Part shown: positions 28,863-41,222 of the stretch, piece by piece
Layout of the letters: each line of letters opens with the position of its first letter
Position numbering within the stretch: the first letter of the stretch is position 1
Assembly: GCF_006345805.1 (NCBI RefSeq)
Contig: NC_043010.1
Coordinates: forward strand, 22,754,001-22,818,000
Direction of reading: 5' to 3'
Source of the DNA: Octopus sinensis
Lineage: Eukaryota
Length of the DNA stretch: 64,000 bases
Program-made: the position numbers and the translations under genes
The notes under the pieces: model-generated
What the model saw: the letters and a program-made list of their open reading frames with translations, nothing else
Told to the model about the DNA's origin: nothing
The model's database searches: none

Positions 28863-29166
28863 TCACTGCCTGGAATCGAACTCGTAATCTTGGGGTTAGT
28901 AGCACGCGCTCTTAACCACTACGCCATATGCCCGTGGCGTTGTGGTTAAGAGCGTGGGCTACTAACCCCAAGATTCCGAGATAGATTCCAGGCAATGACC
29001 TGAATAACAACAACAACCACAACAACAACAACAACATCGAAAAGTACCTTAGGAATGAGAACCCAGGTTCGCAATTTCCCCAAGACACCTGAGGGTATAT
29101 CAGCCGAAACGTTGTGTTAACAACAAACGATGAGGACAAATATCCGTCGAATGTAAATAATGTAAA
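28555..29166. mobile_element. Head-to-head fold-back of a tRNA-headed element carrying a hammerhead-like motif
   Basis: Arms meet at cgcca-tatgcccg-tggcg (28922-28939); each arm has A box TGGCGTAGTGG, B box GTTCGATTCC, microsatellite, then CTGAGG..CAGCCGAAACGTT. Confidence 0.85.
28578..28617 (-). ncRNA. Minimal hammerhead-like motif
   Basis: ACAC CTGAGGA A AGCTG gagagtaaat CAGCC GAAAC GTT; the inverted copy at 29085-29117 supplies the stem I 3' strand GTGT. Confidence 0.5.
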
Positions 29167-29409
29167 TAATTCCTTATCTCTTGAATATAGAACTGTATTC
29201 TTTATTTGTGTTTTTGTGTTGTGTTGGGAGACGTGGCAGGTTATTTCACTTTTATCTTTTCTATTTCTCTTACTTCGCTCGCTATTTTTGTTCTCCCTCT
29301 TATCTCGAAACCTATCTCTCTCACACATACACACACTCTGAACACACATACACACATATGTATAATTGAAACATAACGAAAAGTGATGTATGTATGTACA
29401 TGTATATAT

Positions 29410-30029
<620 letters not shown>

Positions 30030-30100
30030 GTATCGGTATATATATACAATATGTATACACCAAAGAATAATTCATATATACATATATTATTTATTTATAT

Positions 30101-30134
<34 letters not shown>

Positions 30135-30145
30135 ATATATATATG

Positions 30146-30194
<49 letters not shown>

Positions 30195-30801
30195 TATATA
30201 TATATATGCGTATATATATATATATATATATAATATATATATATATATATAGATACACACACATATAATAAACACGAATGAAAAATTCTCGATACAGTTA
30301 AATTAGTTGTAATACCTTTGGACAAATTGATATTCAAATACAAGATGTTCTCTTTAGATGTATTAAATATTTTTACTGTAAATTCGAACCTGTTTACCAG
30401 CAGGTAATGAATGGCAATCGGAAGCTTAAGGGCAATTGGAAGCTTAAACGTTATAGTGACCAATGGAGACTGATGGGTAGATACAGTAACTTTCACCTCT
30501 TTATTAATCTATCTAGCTGATCCTATTGACAGTATCGAATTATTTGCTTGTATTGGTCAGTGTTAATGCTTAAGAGCTTTTATTTTGTACGAATAACCCT
30601 GAGGGAAGAAACCAGTTGGATATTAATGTAAGCGTATTTTATACATCTAAAATAAACGTATCTGATATTCGTCTTTTAATTTATCTAAAGGGGTTACCAC
30701 AATTGTTTTAACTTTATTGTACATTAACATCCATTTCTATATACATACACACATAAATATATATGATAGTATGTGTCTCTCTCTCTCGCTCTCTCTCTCT
30801 C

Positions 30802-30847
<46 letters not shown>

Positions 30848-30920
30848 TATATTAGGGAATATCCAAATTTACAGGGAAAAAATCAGATTTAGGATTACAT
30901 CCATTTTATAGTAAATATTA

Positions 30921-31213
30921 TAAATATTATTTGAGACAAAACCACTATTTTGCAACTAACAAGGAAAGACTTAATCAATACATAAAATTTAATAATAGTC
31001 AAAAAAAACCGCCACTACAATCGTTTCTTGTCTTGATCGACAATCTCATGTGATAATTCAGTTACAATTATTTGAACTGAATTATTGAAGTCCACCTGAA
31101 GATTGTCGATCAAGACAAGAACGATTGTATGCGGTTTTTTGACATTTATTAATTTTATGTATTGATTAAGTCTTTCATTGTTTGTTTGCAAAATAGTGGT
31201 TTTGTCTCAATAA

Positions 31214-31220
<7 letters not shown>
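30921..31220. mobile_element. Inverted repeat (~120-bp arms) typical of a Penelope-like element terminus
   Basis: 30921-31046 is the reverse complement of 31102-31220; the inner ends carry hammerhead-like sequence. Confidence 0.8.
31093..31134 (+). ncRNA. Minimal type I hammerhead-like motif (one A deleted from GAAA)
   Basis: CCAC CTGAAGA TTGTC gatcaa GACAA GAAC gatt GTA; the inverted copy keeps GAAAC gatt GTA GTGG. Confidence 0.55.
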
Positions 31221-31250
<30 letters not shown>

Positions 31251-31428
31251 TATATATATATATATATATGTATGTATGATGTATGTATATAGATGTATGG
31301 ACAGGAAATACCACCGTGTTTACTCAAACACGTAAGATGTTTTTCGTACATTGAGCAGTAATAATAAAAGTAATAATAATAATACTAATTATAATGATGA
31401 TGATGATGATGATGATGAGATGATGATG

Positions 31429-31516
<88 letters not shown>

Positions 31517-31989
31517 GCATTCACTGATAAGAGCACACAGGTCTTAACATACCTACATACATATTTACGTGTTCAGAAAGCGAACTAAAAATAATTATCA
31601 ACGAATTAAATTTTAAATTTGGATGAAAAGGGCTATTTTCAATCCCTTCCTCCCCTCTCCTCTCTCCTCCTCCTCCTCCTTCTTCTTCTTTCTCTTCTTT
31701 TCTTTCTTTCTTTTAACCTTTTCTCCTTATGAAATGAAAAAAATTAGATGAAAATTTCTCTCCCATTAATTCAGACCAATAAAATAACAATAAAGACAAT
31801 ATCAATTAAAAGAAAAAAAAATGAGAAAAGAAAAATCAAATTAAAAATTCAATCAATAAAGGAAAAAAGACACAAAACCAAAAGAGTCTTCGGAATTTCC
31901 TTGGTTTGATCTCGCATTCTTTGTTGTTAAATATGATGTCATGTGCACGCGCGAGAACGAAGCGACGTAAAATGGAGTGTATCCTGCTT

Positions 31990-32045
31990 GGATATGGACT
32001 CTGATATACAGCATATATATACATACATGCATACTTTAGTATATA

Positions 32046-32091
<46 letters not shown>

Positions 32092-32238
32092 TATATAGAT
32101 AGATATATTAATATATATTATATAAAATATTACATACATATATATATATATATACATACATATACATATATATATATAATATATAGATATATATATATAT
32201 ATTATATATGTATATATATAATGTATATAATACATATG

Positions 32239-32272
<34 letters not shown>

Positions 32273-32291
32273 TATGTATATATAATATATA

Positions 32292-32331
<40 letters not shown>

Positions 32332-32700
32332 ATATATATATATATATTATATACATATATATATATACATAGATTTATTTACACGCACGTGTAACTGTAA
32401 ATATAACTGTAAATATCTGTGTATATCTACCTATTTATCTCTAATCATTTGTATACATACATAATACATACATATTTATATGTATATATATATGTACATA
32501 TATATGTACTTATATATCTATATATGTACTTATATATGTATATATGTATATATATATGTATGTATGTATTTTTATGTACACAAAGTATTCATATACGTAT
32601 ATATATACATATAATATATATCCACAGAGATATATGCATAAATATATACTTGTATAGTACATATACGTGTATTTGTACGTTTGTATATATTTTTGATTTT
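31990..32700. repeat. Degenerate (TA)n/(TATG)n tract, representative of many in the window
   Basis: Direct reading. Confidence 0.9.
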
Positions 32701-32959
32701 TCTTCTGGTTTGGTTTGACGCTCCATCTATTAATCTTGCTCCAATTTTGTGGCAGTGCGACATAGATCGCAAACAATTAAGCAAACCAATTAACTTTTGG
32801 TCCTTTAACCGATTATTCTATCCCCTCTGTAAGTGTATATATTTATATTTTACGCCACTAAATATACCTATGTAAAATTCTCTTCTGTGTTGTTGTCTTC
32901 GTTGATTTATTCTATAAATCTTGTACATTGATTCTGCTTTCATTTTGTTTTCTCAGCAC

Positions 32960-34010
32960 CAGTGCCATTCTTATTTCTTTATTGCCCACAAGAGGCTAAA
33001 CACAGAGGGGACAAACAAGGACAGACAAACGCATTCATTCGATTACATCGACCCCAGTGCGTAACTGGTACTTAATTTATCGACCCCGAAAGGATGAAAG
33101 GCAAAGTCGATCTCGGTGGAATTTGAACTCAGAACGTAACGGCAGACGAAATGCCGCTAAGCATTTCGCCCGACGTGCAAACGATTCTACCAGCTCACCG
33201 CCTTACTTTCTTTATTGCCCACAAGGGGCTAAACACAGAGGGGACAAAACAAGAACAGACAAAGGGATTAAATCAATTACATCGACGTTAGTGCGTAACT
33301 GGTACTTAATTTATCGACCCCGAAAGGATGAAAGGCAAAGTCGACCTCGGCGGTATTTGAACTCAGAATGTAATGGAGGACGAAATACTAACGTTTCTGC
33401 CAGCTCGCCGCCTTCTACAATGCCATTCTACAGAAACAAAACCCTTGTTAACAAGATGGCTACGATATATTCGGTGCTTTTATGAACAGATTGTTAACTT
33501 CAGACAAACGAACATATCACTATTCTCTACGTTAACTGTGCCTCTGCAACGAAATGCTATTGTAACATTATACTGTGCAACAAAGAAAGTGAATTAATTA
33601 TTTATACTATATGCGCATGGCCTGAAATTGGAGAGGCGAGGGCTAATTGATTATATCTACCCTTGTGGTCAACTGGTACTTATTTCATTGAAATAATGAA
33701 AGGCAAGGTCGACCTTTGCTGAATTTGAACTCAGAACGTAAAGCCGGAAGATATGCTGCTAAAAACTTTGTACGGCGTGGCTATCAGCCCTGCTATCTCT
33801 CCGCTCAAATAAAACAGAAATAATCTTTATTACTATAGGCACAAGACCTGAAATTTTCGGTTGGGGGCGGAGAGTTCTAGTTGATTACATCGACAACGAA
33901 AAGATGAAAGGCAAAGTCGACCTCAACGGAATTTGAAATCAGAACATAAAGACCGACGGAATACCGCTAAGTGTTTTATCTGGTGTGGTAACGATTATTG
34001 CAGTTCGTTG
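32960..34010 (-). mobile_element. Cluster of four SINE family A copies
   Basis: Repeated cgaccccgaaaggatgaaaggcaaagtcgacctcggcgg..gaactcagaa. Confidence 0.85.
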
Positions 34011-34810
34011 CTTTAAAGAAAGAGAAACAATAAAATACGAAGAAAAGCTCATAAGATGTAAGCTGTTAGCTATATTAAAGCTATAAAGGAAATAAGATTT
34101 TTGCCAGTTTAATGTGGCAGTCCCAAGAAACGGAAGAATGGTATTTAGCCCCAGAAAACACCGTTTCCAATTGGCCATGTGACACAAGCGTACTGTGTCC
34201 TTATGTCTTCAAATGGGGAAGATAAGCACCTCTACCTAGCAAACATAAGGACACAGAACGCTTGTGTCACATGGCCCATCTGGTGTTACCTAGGGCTAAA
34301 TAACAGTAGCGTTCTTCCCTTTCCTGGGACTGCCACATTAAGTTGGCATCAAACCATCACTCTATCGTGCTGCTAGTGTATAGGTCTATCTGAGAGATTT
34401 AGAAATGCAATATTTCTAATTTTGGAAATAAGATTATTTTTGATGAAACAATTATGATAGAGATGAGAATGAAAAATGCATTCCTAACGTTTTGCTGTGG
34501 TTTGAACCATTATCTTCGCTTCTTTCTCATTCCAAGATGAGTAAATAACTTTGAAAATATAAAGTGTTGATTGCATTAATAAGAGAAACCGGTAGGTTAG
34601 GGAATTAATTGAGCTGAATCAGCCGGAAGTGGAATATACATTGAAAATATAAATTTCCGGTGATTTTCTATCCACAAAAACCGTCACCATGATTGTCATC
34701 ATCGTCATACATTTGAAATGAACCCCAATGTAATCGGTGGAACTAAGCACGTGTCTGTTTTTATACGGAAAACTGGTGGTTAGTTTTACAAATTATATTG
34801 CTTGTGGAAC

Positions 34811-34890
34811 GATCATACTGACGAGTCCTACGGACGAAGGATTACGTAAGTTTTTTATTCGTTAATAGGCGAAACCGCCGGTCTGCGATT
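34811..34890 (+). ncRNA. Type I hammerhead ribozyme-like motif with long stem II
   Basis: CTGACGA 34818-34824, GAAA 34871-34874, stem III ACC/GGT, GTC site 34881-34883, stem I gatcata/tgcgatt. Confidence 0.55.
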
Positions 34891-35492
34891 AATTATTGTT
34901 TTTTATATAATTTTCATCTGTCTTGCCCGCAAATTGTTCTGGTGTCCGCTGAATTTTTCTCTAGAGAACATTCTTTTCTTTGTAGTTTGATCGTAAGTGA
35001 TCTACTTTTAGCATATGGCTGACTACATAGTGGTTTTTAGCCGTTTAAATATACACATGTATTAGAATTTTCTCTGATTCTTCAGATTTTTGTATGCTAG
35101 GCTACCGGTTTTAAATTGATATTAATTAAATTAATATTCATTTATCTCCCTCATTATTTAAATATATATATATATATACGTGAACTCTTCCTATATATAT
35201 AGGGAGAGTTCACGAAAAAACAAAAGACGAAGACAGGTGGTGTACAAAACAAACAAATGTATTAGTATAATGCTCAGGAATAGAAAAAGTCTTTTACGTT
35301 TCGAGCCTACGATCATCTACAGAAAGGGACCCAGAAAAAAACAAGAGACAAAAAAATGTGTGCAGTGGCTAACGATCTATCATGGCGACTATATATATAT
35401 ATATATATATATCTCTCTCCTCTCTCTCCTCTATATATATATATAAATATAATATATTATATAATATATATATATGCATATATATATATACG

Positions 35493-35528
<36 letters not shown>

Positions 35529-35542
35529 ATATATTAATATAT

Positions 35543-35705
35543 AGGCGCAGACGTGGCTGTGATAAGAAGCTTACTTCCCAACCACATGGTTCCGACTTCA
35601 GTCCCACTGCGAGCATCTTGGGCAAGTGTCTTCTACTATAACCTCGGGCCGACCAAGCCTTGTGAGTGGATTTGGTAGACGGAAACTGAAAGAATCCCAT
35701 CGTAT
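35543..35705 (+). mobile_element. SINE family B, 5' half
   Basis: aggcgcagacgtggctgtg..ttgggcaagtgtcttctactataacctcgggccgacc. Confidence 0.8.
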
Positions 35706-35710
35706 ATATG

Positions 35711-35759
<49 letters not shown>

Positions 35760-35859
35760 TATATATACACACCAGGCACTTCACATAACCACTTTCGAAC
35801 TGCAACTGCACAGAGCTTCAGCATCACAATCAACAATAAAAAAAAGGTGAACTAGCGAG

Positions 35860-36290
35860 TGAAATACGATTTGGTTTAATCCACCGTGGAGAAAGCTTGT
35901 TATAACCTGTTTGGCAAAGGAATCCCTCTCCATAACCAGCAAATAATCCTAGAAATGCAACTCTATAAATTATACAAGAGAAACCACTGAAAAGTCAGTT
36001 GTTTTGCCTCATTCCGTTACATAACTACGGGATCTTTCAAACAATTCATACCAAATTGAAGACAATTGAGTTTGTGGACACAGTAAGTCGTATCCCTTAG
36101 ATAACCAGTGTACGAGCAATTTTATTGCATAAGGCCGCTGTAACTACTATGTCGTATATCAGTTTACCAGAAATTCCTTTAAGCACCGACAACAATAGCA
36201 TATGAGATTTTACAAACATCATCGCAGACTGCATGTCACTCTCAAAGCACATATGGGCAAACGAAAGAGTGGTGTACCAGCATTGTCTAG
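35860..36290 (+). pseudogene. Penelope-like element ORF remnant (RT-to-GIY-YIG region)
   Basis: Across frameshifts: IWFNPP (35869-35886), YPLDNQCTSN, LHKAAVTT..YISL, SFKHR, LSKHIW, matching PLE motifs IWFNPP / CPLDG.C / YIG / LSKHIW. Confidence 0.6.
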
Positions 36291-36550
36291 TTTAGCCTAA
36301 ACAGAGTGATCTCATACAACCAAATGTTAGTTATAATATTACTTATGTATGTTTGAGAGGTACCACATCACCTAGCATTTGTACCGGTAACGAACAAAAT
36401 GACATAATTTAAATTAACCTCCAGATACAGTATGACATTTTAGGCATCTTTATTTAGGGAAATAGCATACCTGTGACGTCCGCACCACGTGATATGCAGT
36501 CATCTTGTCTTTTCGTGTCAACATCTACAACAGAGTCTATAATGAGACCC

Positions 36551-36597
<47 letters not shown>

Positions 36598-37183
36598 TGG
36601 TGCTCCTGCATGACCGCAGTCAAATAACTGGAACACGTAAAAGAATTAAACAATATATATATAAACACATACGTACATACATGCAGGCAGACACACACAC
36701 ATATATGTATATATATATACATATGTGTATATGTATATGTATATATATATCTGTGTGTGTGTGTGTGAATAGATATATACAGATAAATATAAGGTTTGTA
36801 AGATGAGATAAATTATTGAGACGGTTACCGTAGTAGCTCTCAGGTATATTCCAGGTTACGGCTAACCGTATCAAGTAGTAATAAACTTCAGTGAGCGTTT
36901 AATATAATCCCGCTTAATTCTTCGGACGAGTTACTTCGAGTTCGCATATCTGGATTATGAATATTATCAGGAATTGCAAACAATTAGAAAGAATACAGAG
37001 ACTGTTACATTGTCAGACTTTTCTTTTAATTTTACAGCAAGTCACACAGCATAATTAGTTGATTAAAATGACCGATACGTGTTTCTGCTACGCGGAGTAT
37101 GTGGAGTTGCGCATACAATCCAGTATTCAGCGTCTCGCTACCATGAAAATTGTTGGCCTTGTGCCAAAATTTGAAACCAATCA

Positions 37184-37214
<31 letters not shown>

Positions 37215-37224
37215 TGTATGTATG

Positions 37225-37260
<36 letters not shown>

Positions 37261-37328
37261 CAAATATATATTATATATATACATACAAATATATATATAT
37301 ATACCATATGAACTTCTGTATATATATA

Positions 37329-37383
<55 letters not shown>

Positions 37384-37384
<1 letters not shown>

Positions 37385-37572
37385 GTATGGGAGTCTGTGT
37401 ACCTTTTTCAATTTGAGCCTCTAGGCATGCGCATATGGCACATACGTATATATACACATATGTGCTTATATATATATATATATATATATAAGCACATATG
37501 TGTATATATACTTATGTGCATATGCGCATGCCTAGAGGCTCAAATTGAAAAAGGTACACAGACTCCCATACA
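37384..37572. repeat. Near-perfect palindrome centred on (TA)n
   Basis: tgtatgggagtctgtgtacc...gtgctt (TA)n aagcac...ggtacacagactcccataca. Confidence 0.9.
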
Positions 37573-38289
37573 GGCACGTATTTGGTATTTGGGTGTACAA
37601 ATGTGTTCCAGCTGAAGATTGACTGTCAACCTTTTCCATGAAAGAATTTATAAATGTGTTCCCCACTAAAAGATATTCTTTTCTATTCTAAGCACAAGGT
37701 CCGAAATCATAAATAAGGGGCCAGTCAATTAGATCGACCCCAGTACGGAACTGGTACTTAATTTATCGACCCTGAAAAGATGAAAGGCGGAGTCGACGAA
37801 CCCTACTAAAATATTGAGTAATCTTTCAGCATAATGTTAAATGTTTAAAAAGTGTACCTTGAATTGAAAACAAGCATTTATACACACACGTTCACACACA
37901 AACGCCCATACAGATACATATATCCATACCTCATACATATATCTTCGAAACGCGCATTGAGTCGAAACAGGGGCAACTGAAGAAGAGGAATATTCCTTGT
38001 ATTGTTTGTCTAGTACTCTGTTTTTTCGTTGTTAAAAAATAGTCCGTTTCCTTGTTTGATTTTATGTTTTCTTTTCTCGTTGTGTTCTACGTTTATTTGT
38101 GGTGTCCTGTACCCATATATGCATGTATATATACATATCGATGTAGGTATGTACATATATGTATGTATGTATGCATATGTTTTATTTATTAAATTGTTAT
38201 TATATGATTGAACGCTCGCGTCGTTTTCTTCTTCCAAGTAAGTTTTATTTCATACATACATACATACATACATACATACATACATACAT

Positions 38290-38740
38290 AGGCGCAGGAG
38301 TGACTGTGTGACATGCTTACCAACCACAGTCTGCGTGGCACCTTGGGCAAGTGTCTTCTACTATGGCCTCGGGCCGACCAAAGCCTTGTGAGTGGATTTA
38401 GTAGACGGAAACTGAAAGAAACCCGTCGTGTATATGTACATATATATATTTGTGCGCGTGTGTGAGTGTGTGTGTGTGTGTGTGTAAGTGTGTGTGTGTG
38501 TGAGTGTGTGTGTGTGTGTATGTATGTGTGTGTATATGTTTGTGTGTCTGTGTTTGTCCTCCCAACATCGCTTGACAATCGATGCTGCTGTGTTTATGAC
38601 CCCGTAACCTAGCGGTTCGGCAAAAGAGACTGATAGAATAAGTACTTAGCTAACAAAGAAAACGTCTTGGGGTCTATTTGCTCGACTGAAGACGGTGCTC
38701 CAGTATGGCCGCAATCAAATGACTGAAACAAATGAATGAA
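38290..38740 (+). mobile_element. SINE family B
   Basis: gcaccttgggcaagtgtcttctactatggcctcgggccgaccaaagcc (MIR/CORE-like ccttgggcaagt). Confidence 0.85.
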
Positions 38741-38790
38741 TAACAGAAATAATACATACACACATATACATACATACATACATACATACA

Positions 38791-38822
<32 letters not shown>

Positions 38823-38834
38823 CATACATATATA

Positions 38835-38866
<32 letters not shown>

Positions 38867-40117
38867 TTCGTTTTGGGATTTCAAGACTATTGAAAAGGTT
38901 GCAAGACGTAACGAAAATTTTAGGAAAATAAAAATAAGGAATAAGCGGAAATTTTAGCGGTTAGTGTGTTAAATTATAAGGCATAAAAAGAAAATGACTC
39001 TCCCCAGGAACAACAACTGTATATATATTATGTACATACACGCATAATCATATATGTGTGTTTATATATATATATTAAGTATATATACATACCCCACCAC
39101 ATACATATACACACACATACATTAACGTATGAAGACTTAAACCTTGGCGGCAAAGTAGAAACAAATAAATAAAGCAATATTGGCATTTTTGATATGTGGT
39201 TCAACGGTGAGAGCTTCTAATACACCAACTCCTTTGTCATTCTTCCCGGCAGAAATGCAATGAATCTCTGATGAATGCTGTAAGATATATAAAATAAATA
39301 CAGACAAATAAGGAAAAAATAATGAAGTTAGGTCGGTGTCTTATCTTAATTACTAAGACGGATTAAACGACTTCGGAAGTTAAGATGTAATCGTCCGAAA
39401 GATAACTTAATCTTCAACATTTCTTAGATGTTTACTCGTAGCGATAGACCATCTGTCTGTTTGTCTGTTCGCGTGTTCCTTATCTGTTTTTTTTGGCATT
39501 AATATACCATCTGTTTCTTGCGTGTGAATATGTGTATATGTTGCTTTTCTTGTATATGTATTAAGAAAATCCATATTAGCTTGCATGTATACACACGTGC
39601 TCGAATGTACACTAGCATATCTAACGTATATTACATGTATGTATATATATATATATGTATATAGGTATATATATACATAAGTATGTATGTATATAGAAAT
39701 ATATATATATATATATTATATACGTATAACGTATATATATAATATATATATATATATATAATACGTATAACGTATATATATATAATATATATATTATATA
39801 TATATATATATACGTATAACGTATATATAATATATATATATATATTATATATATATATATATAATATATATATATATATATAATATATATGCAATGAATA
39901 AATTATGAATATATACAAATACAAGCACACACAACTCACACGCCCACATGTATACTAATATATATATATTTGCGTATATGTATGTATACATATATTTATT
40001 TGATTGCCTGTATTCACACACAATTATCTTAAAAAATACATACACCACCCATATGTATTCATACATTGTATATATTGTGTGTATGTATGTTTATTTTTAT
40101 ATGTGTACGTGTGAATC

Positions 40118-40171
<54 letters not shown>

Positions 40172-40379
40172 GGTCCCGGGTTGAGTCGGTGTTAACCACA
40201 GTAAATAAGGTACTCAATACATAGCAGAGTAAATTAATTTATTTTATTGAAGGAGCTTCTACAGGACTAGAACTGTTTCATTCATTTGAATGAAACAGTT
40301 CTAGTCCTGTAGAAGCTCTTCTATAAAATAAATAATATATATATATATCTTCCACTCTCCTCTTTTGGCCTGAATACCA

Positions 40380-40980
40380 GTGGCACAACATCCCACCTCC
40401 TACGTCACCCCAATTCTTCCCCTTTGTTAATAACTCTTCGTACAAACCGCATCAATCATTTAGCGTAACTCTTCTATATCCGCAGGATGTCACCCATAAT
40501 TCTCGCAGAGGCCGAACGTTACGGTGGTAAACCGGAATATTTTGACATGAGAAACCCTTTTCCATCTTGCCAACAGCTTAAGCCACGCCCAGGGTAAAAA
40601 ATGTTAACTTTTTCTTTCTTTTGTTTATTATTTTCCCACTCATTCCCATACAATTTTCAGACGTTATTCATTTATTTCCATTCTAAGATGTCGTTTGTTC
40701 GTGAAAATATTGTTAGAAAAAATGTGCCGGTCGCTAAAGAGCTTCCGGTTGCAGATCAAACTATTTTGAGTTTGATATCTCCGCCATATTGTCAAGTAAA
40801 ACATTCAATAAAACCAGTGCTTGTCAAAGTGGGCGGTGCCATCCCTATTGTAGTCGAGGTGGTGCCGCCCACTTTGTAATTTTTCGTATGTGCACTGTGG
40901 GCAGAGACGCAGTAGTGAGGGTGATGGTAGTTGCATCTGTACAATATTTTAGAGATTGCGTCCTAATTCAATTTGAACTT
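40380..40980. promoter_or_regulatory. Possible CpG-enriched promoter-like segment
   Basis: Cluster of TACGTCAC (40401), GCCACGCCC (40582), CTTCCGG (40742), CCGCCATATT (40781), GGGCGG (40831); motif matches only. Confidence 0.3.
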
Positions 40981-41004
40981 TTAAAATGTAATATTGTGAT
41001 AAAC

Positions 41005-41222
41005 TAAGGTGGAAAGCTGGCAGAATCGTTATAACGCTGCTCAAAATGCTTGGCAGCATTTCGTCAGTTTTTACGTTCTCAGTTCAAATCCCGTTGAAGT
41101 CAACTTTATCTTTCATATTGTCGGGGTCGATAAAATAAGTACCAGTTGAATATTGGGGTCGTTGAAATCGGCTTACACCTTGACCCGAACTTACAGGCCT
41201 TGTGCCAAAATTTGAAACCAAA
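41005..41222 (+). mobile_element. SINE family A
   Basis: ggtggaaagctggcagaatcgtt..agttcaaatcc..ggggtcgataaaataagtaccag. Confidence 0.8.

Noticed and set aside
28858-29003. Possible tRNA genes (also 21190-21245 and the SINE heads)
   Set aside because: A and B boxes are present but acceptor and anticodon stems do not close; these are SINE-type heads
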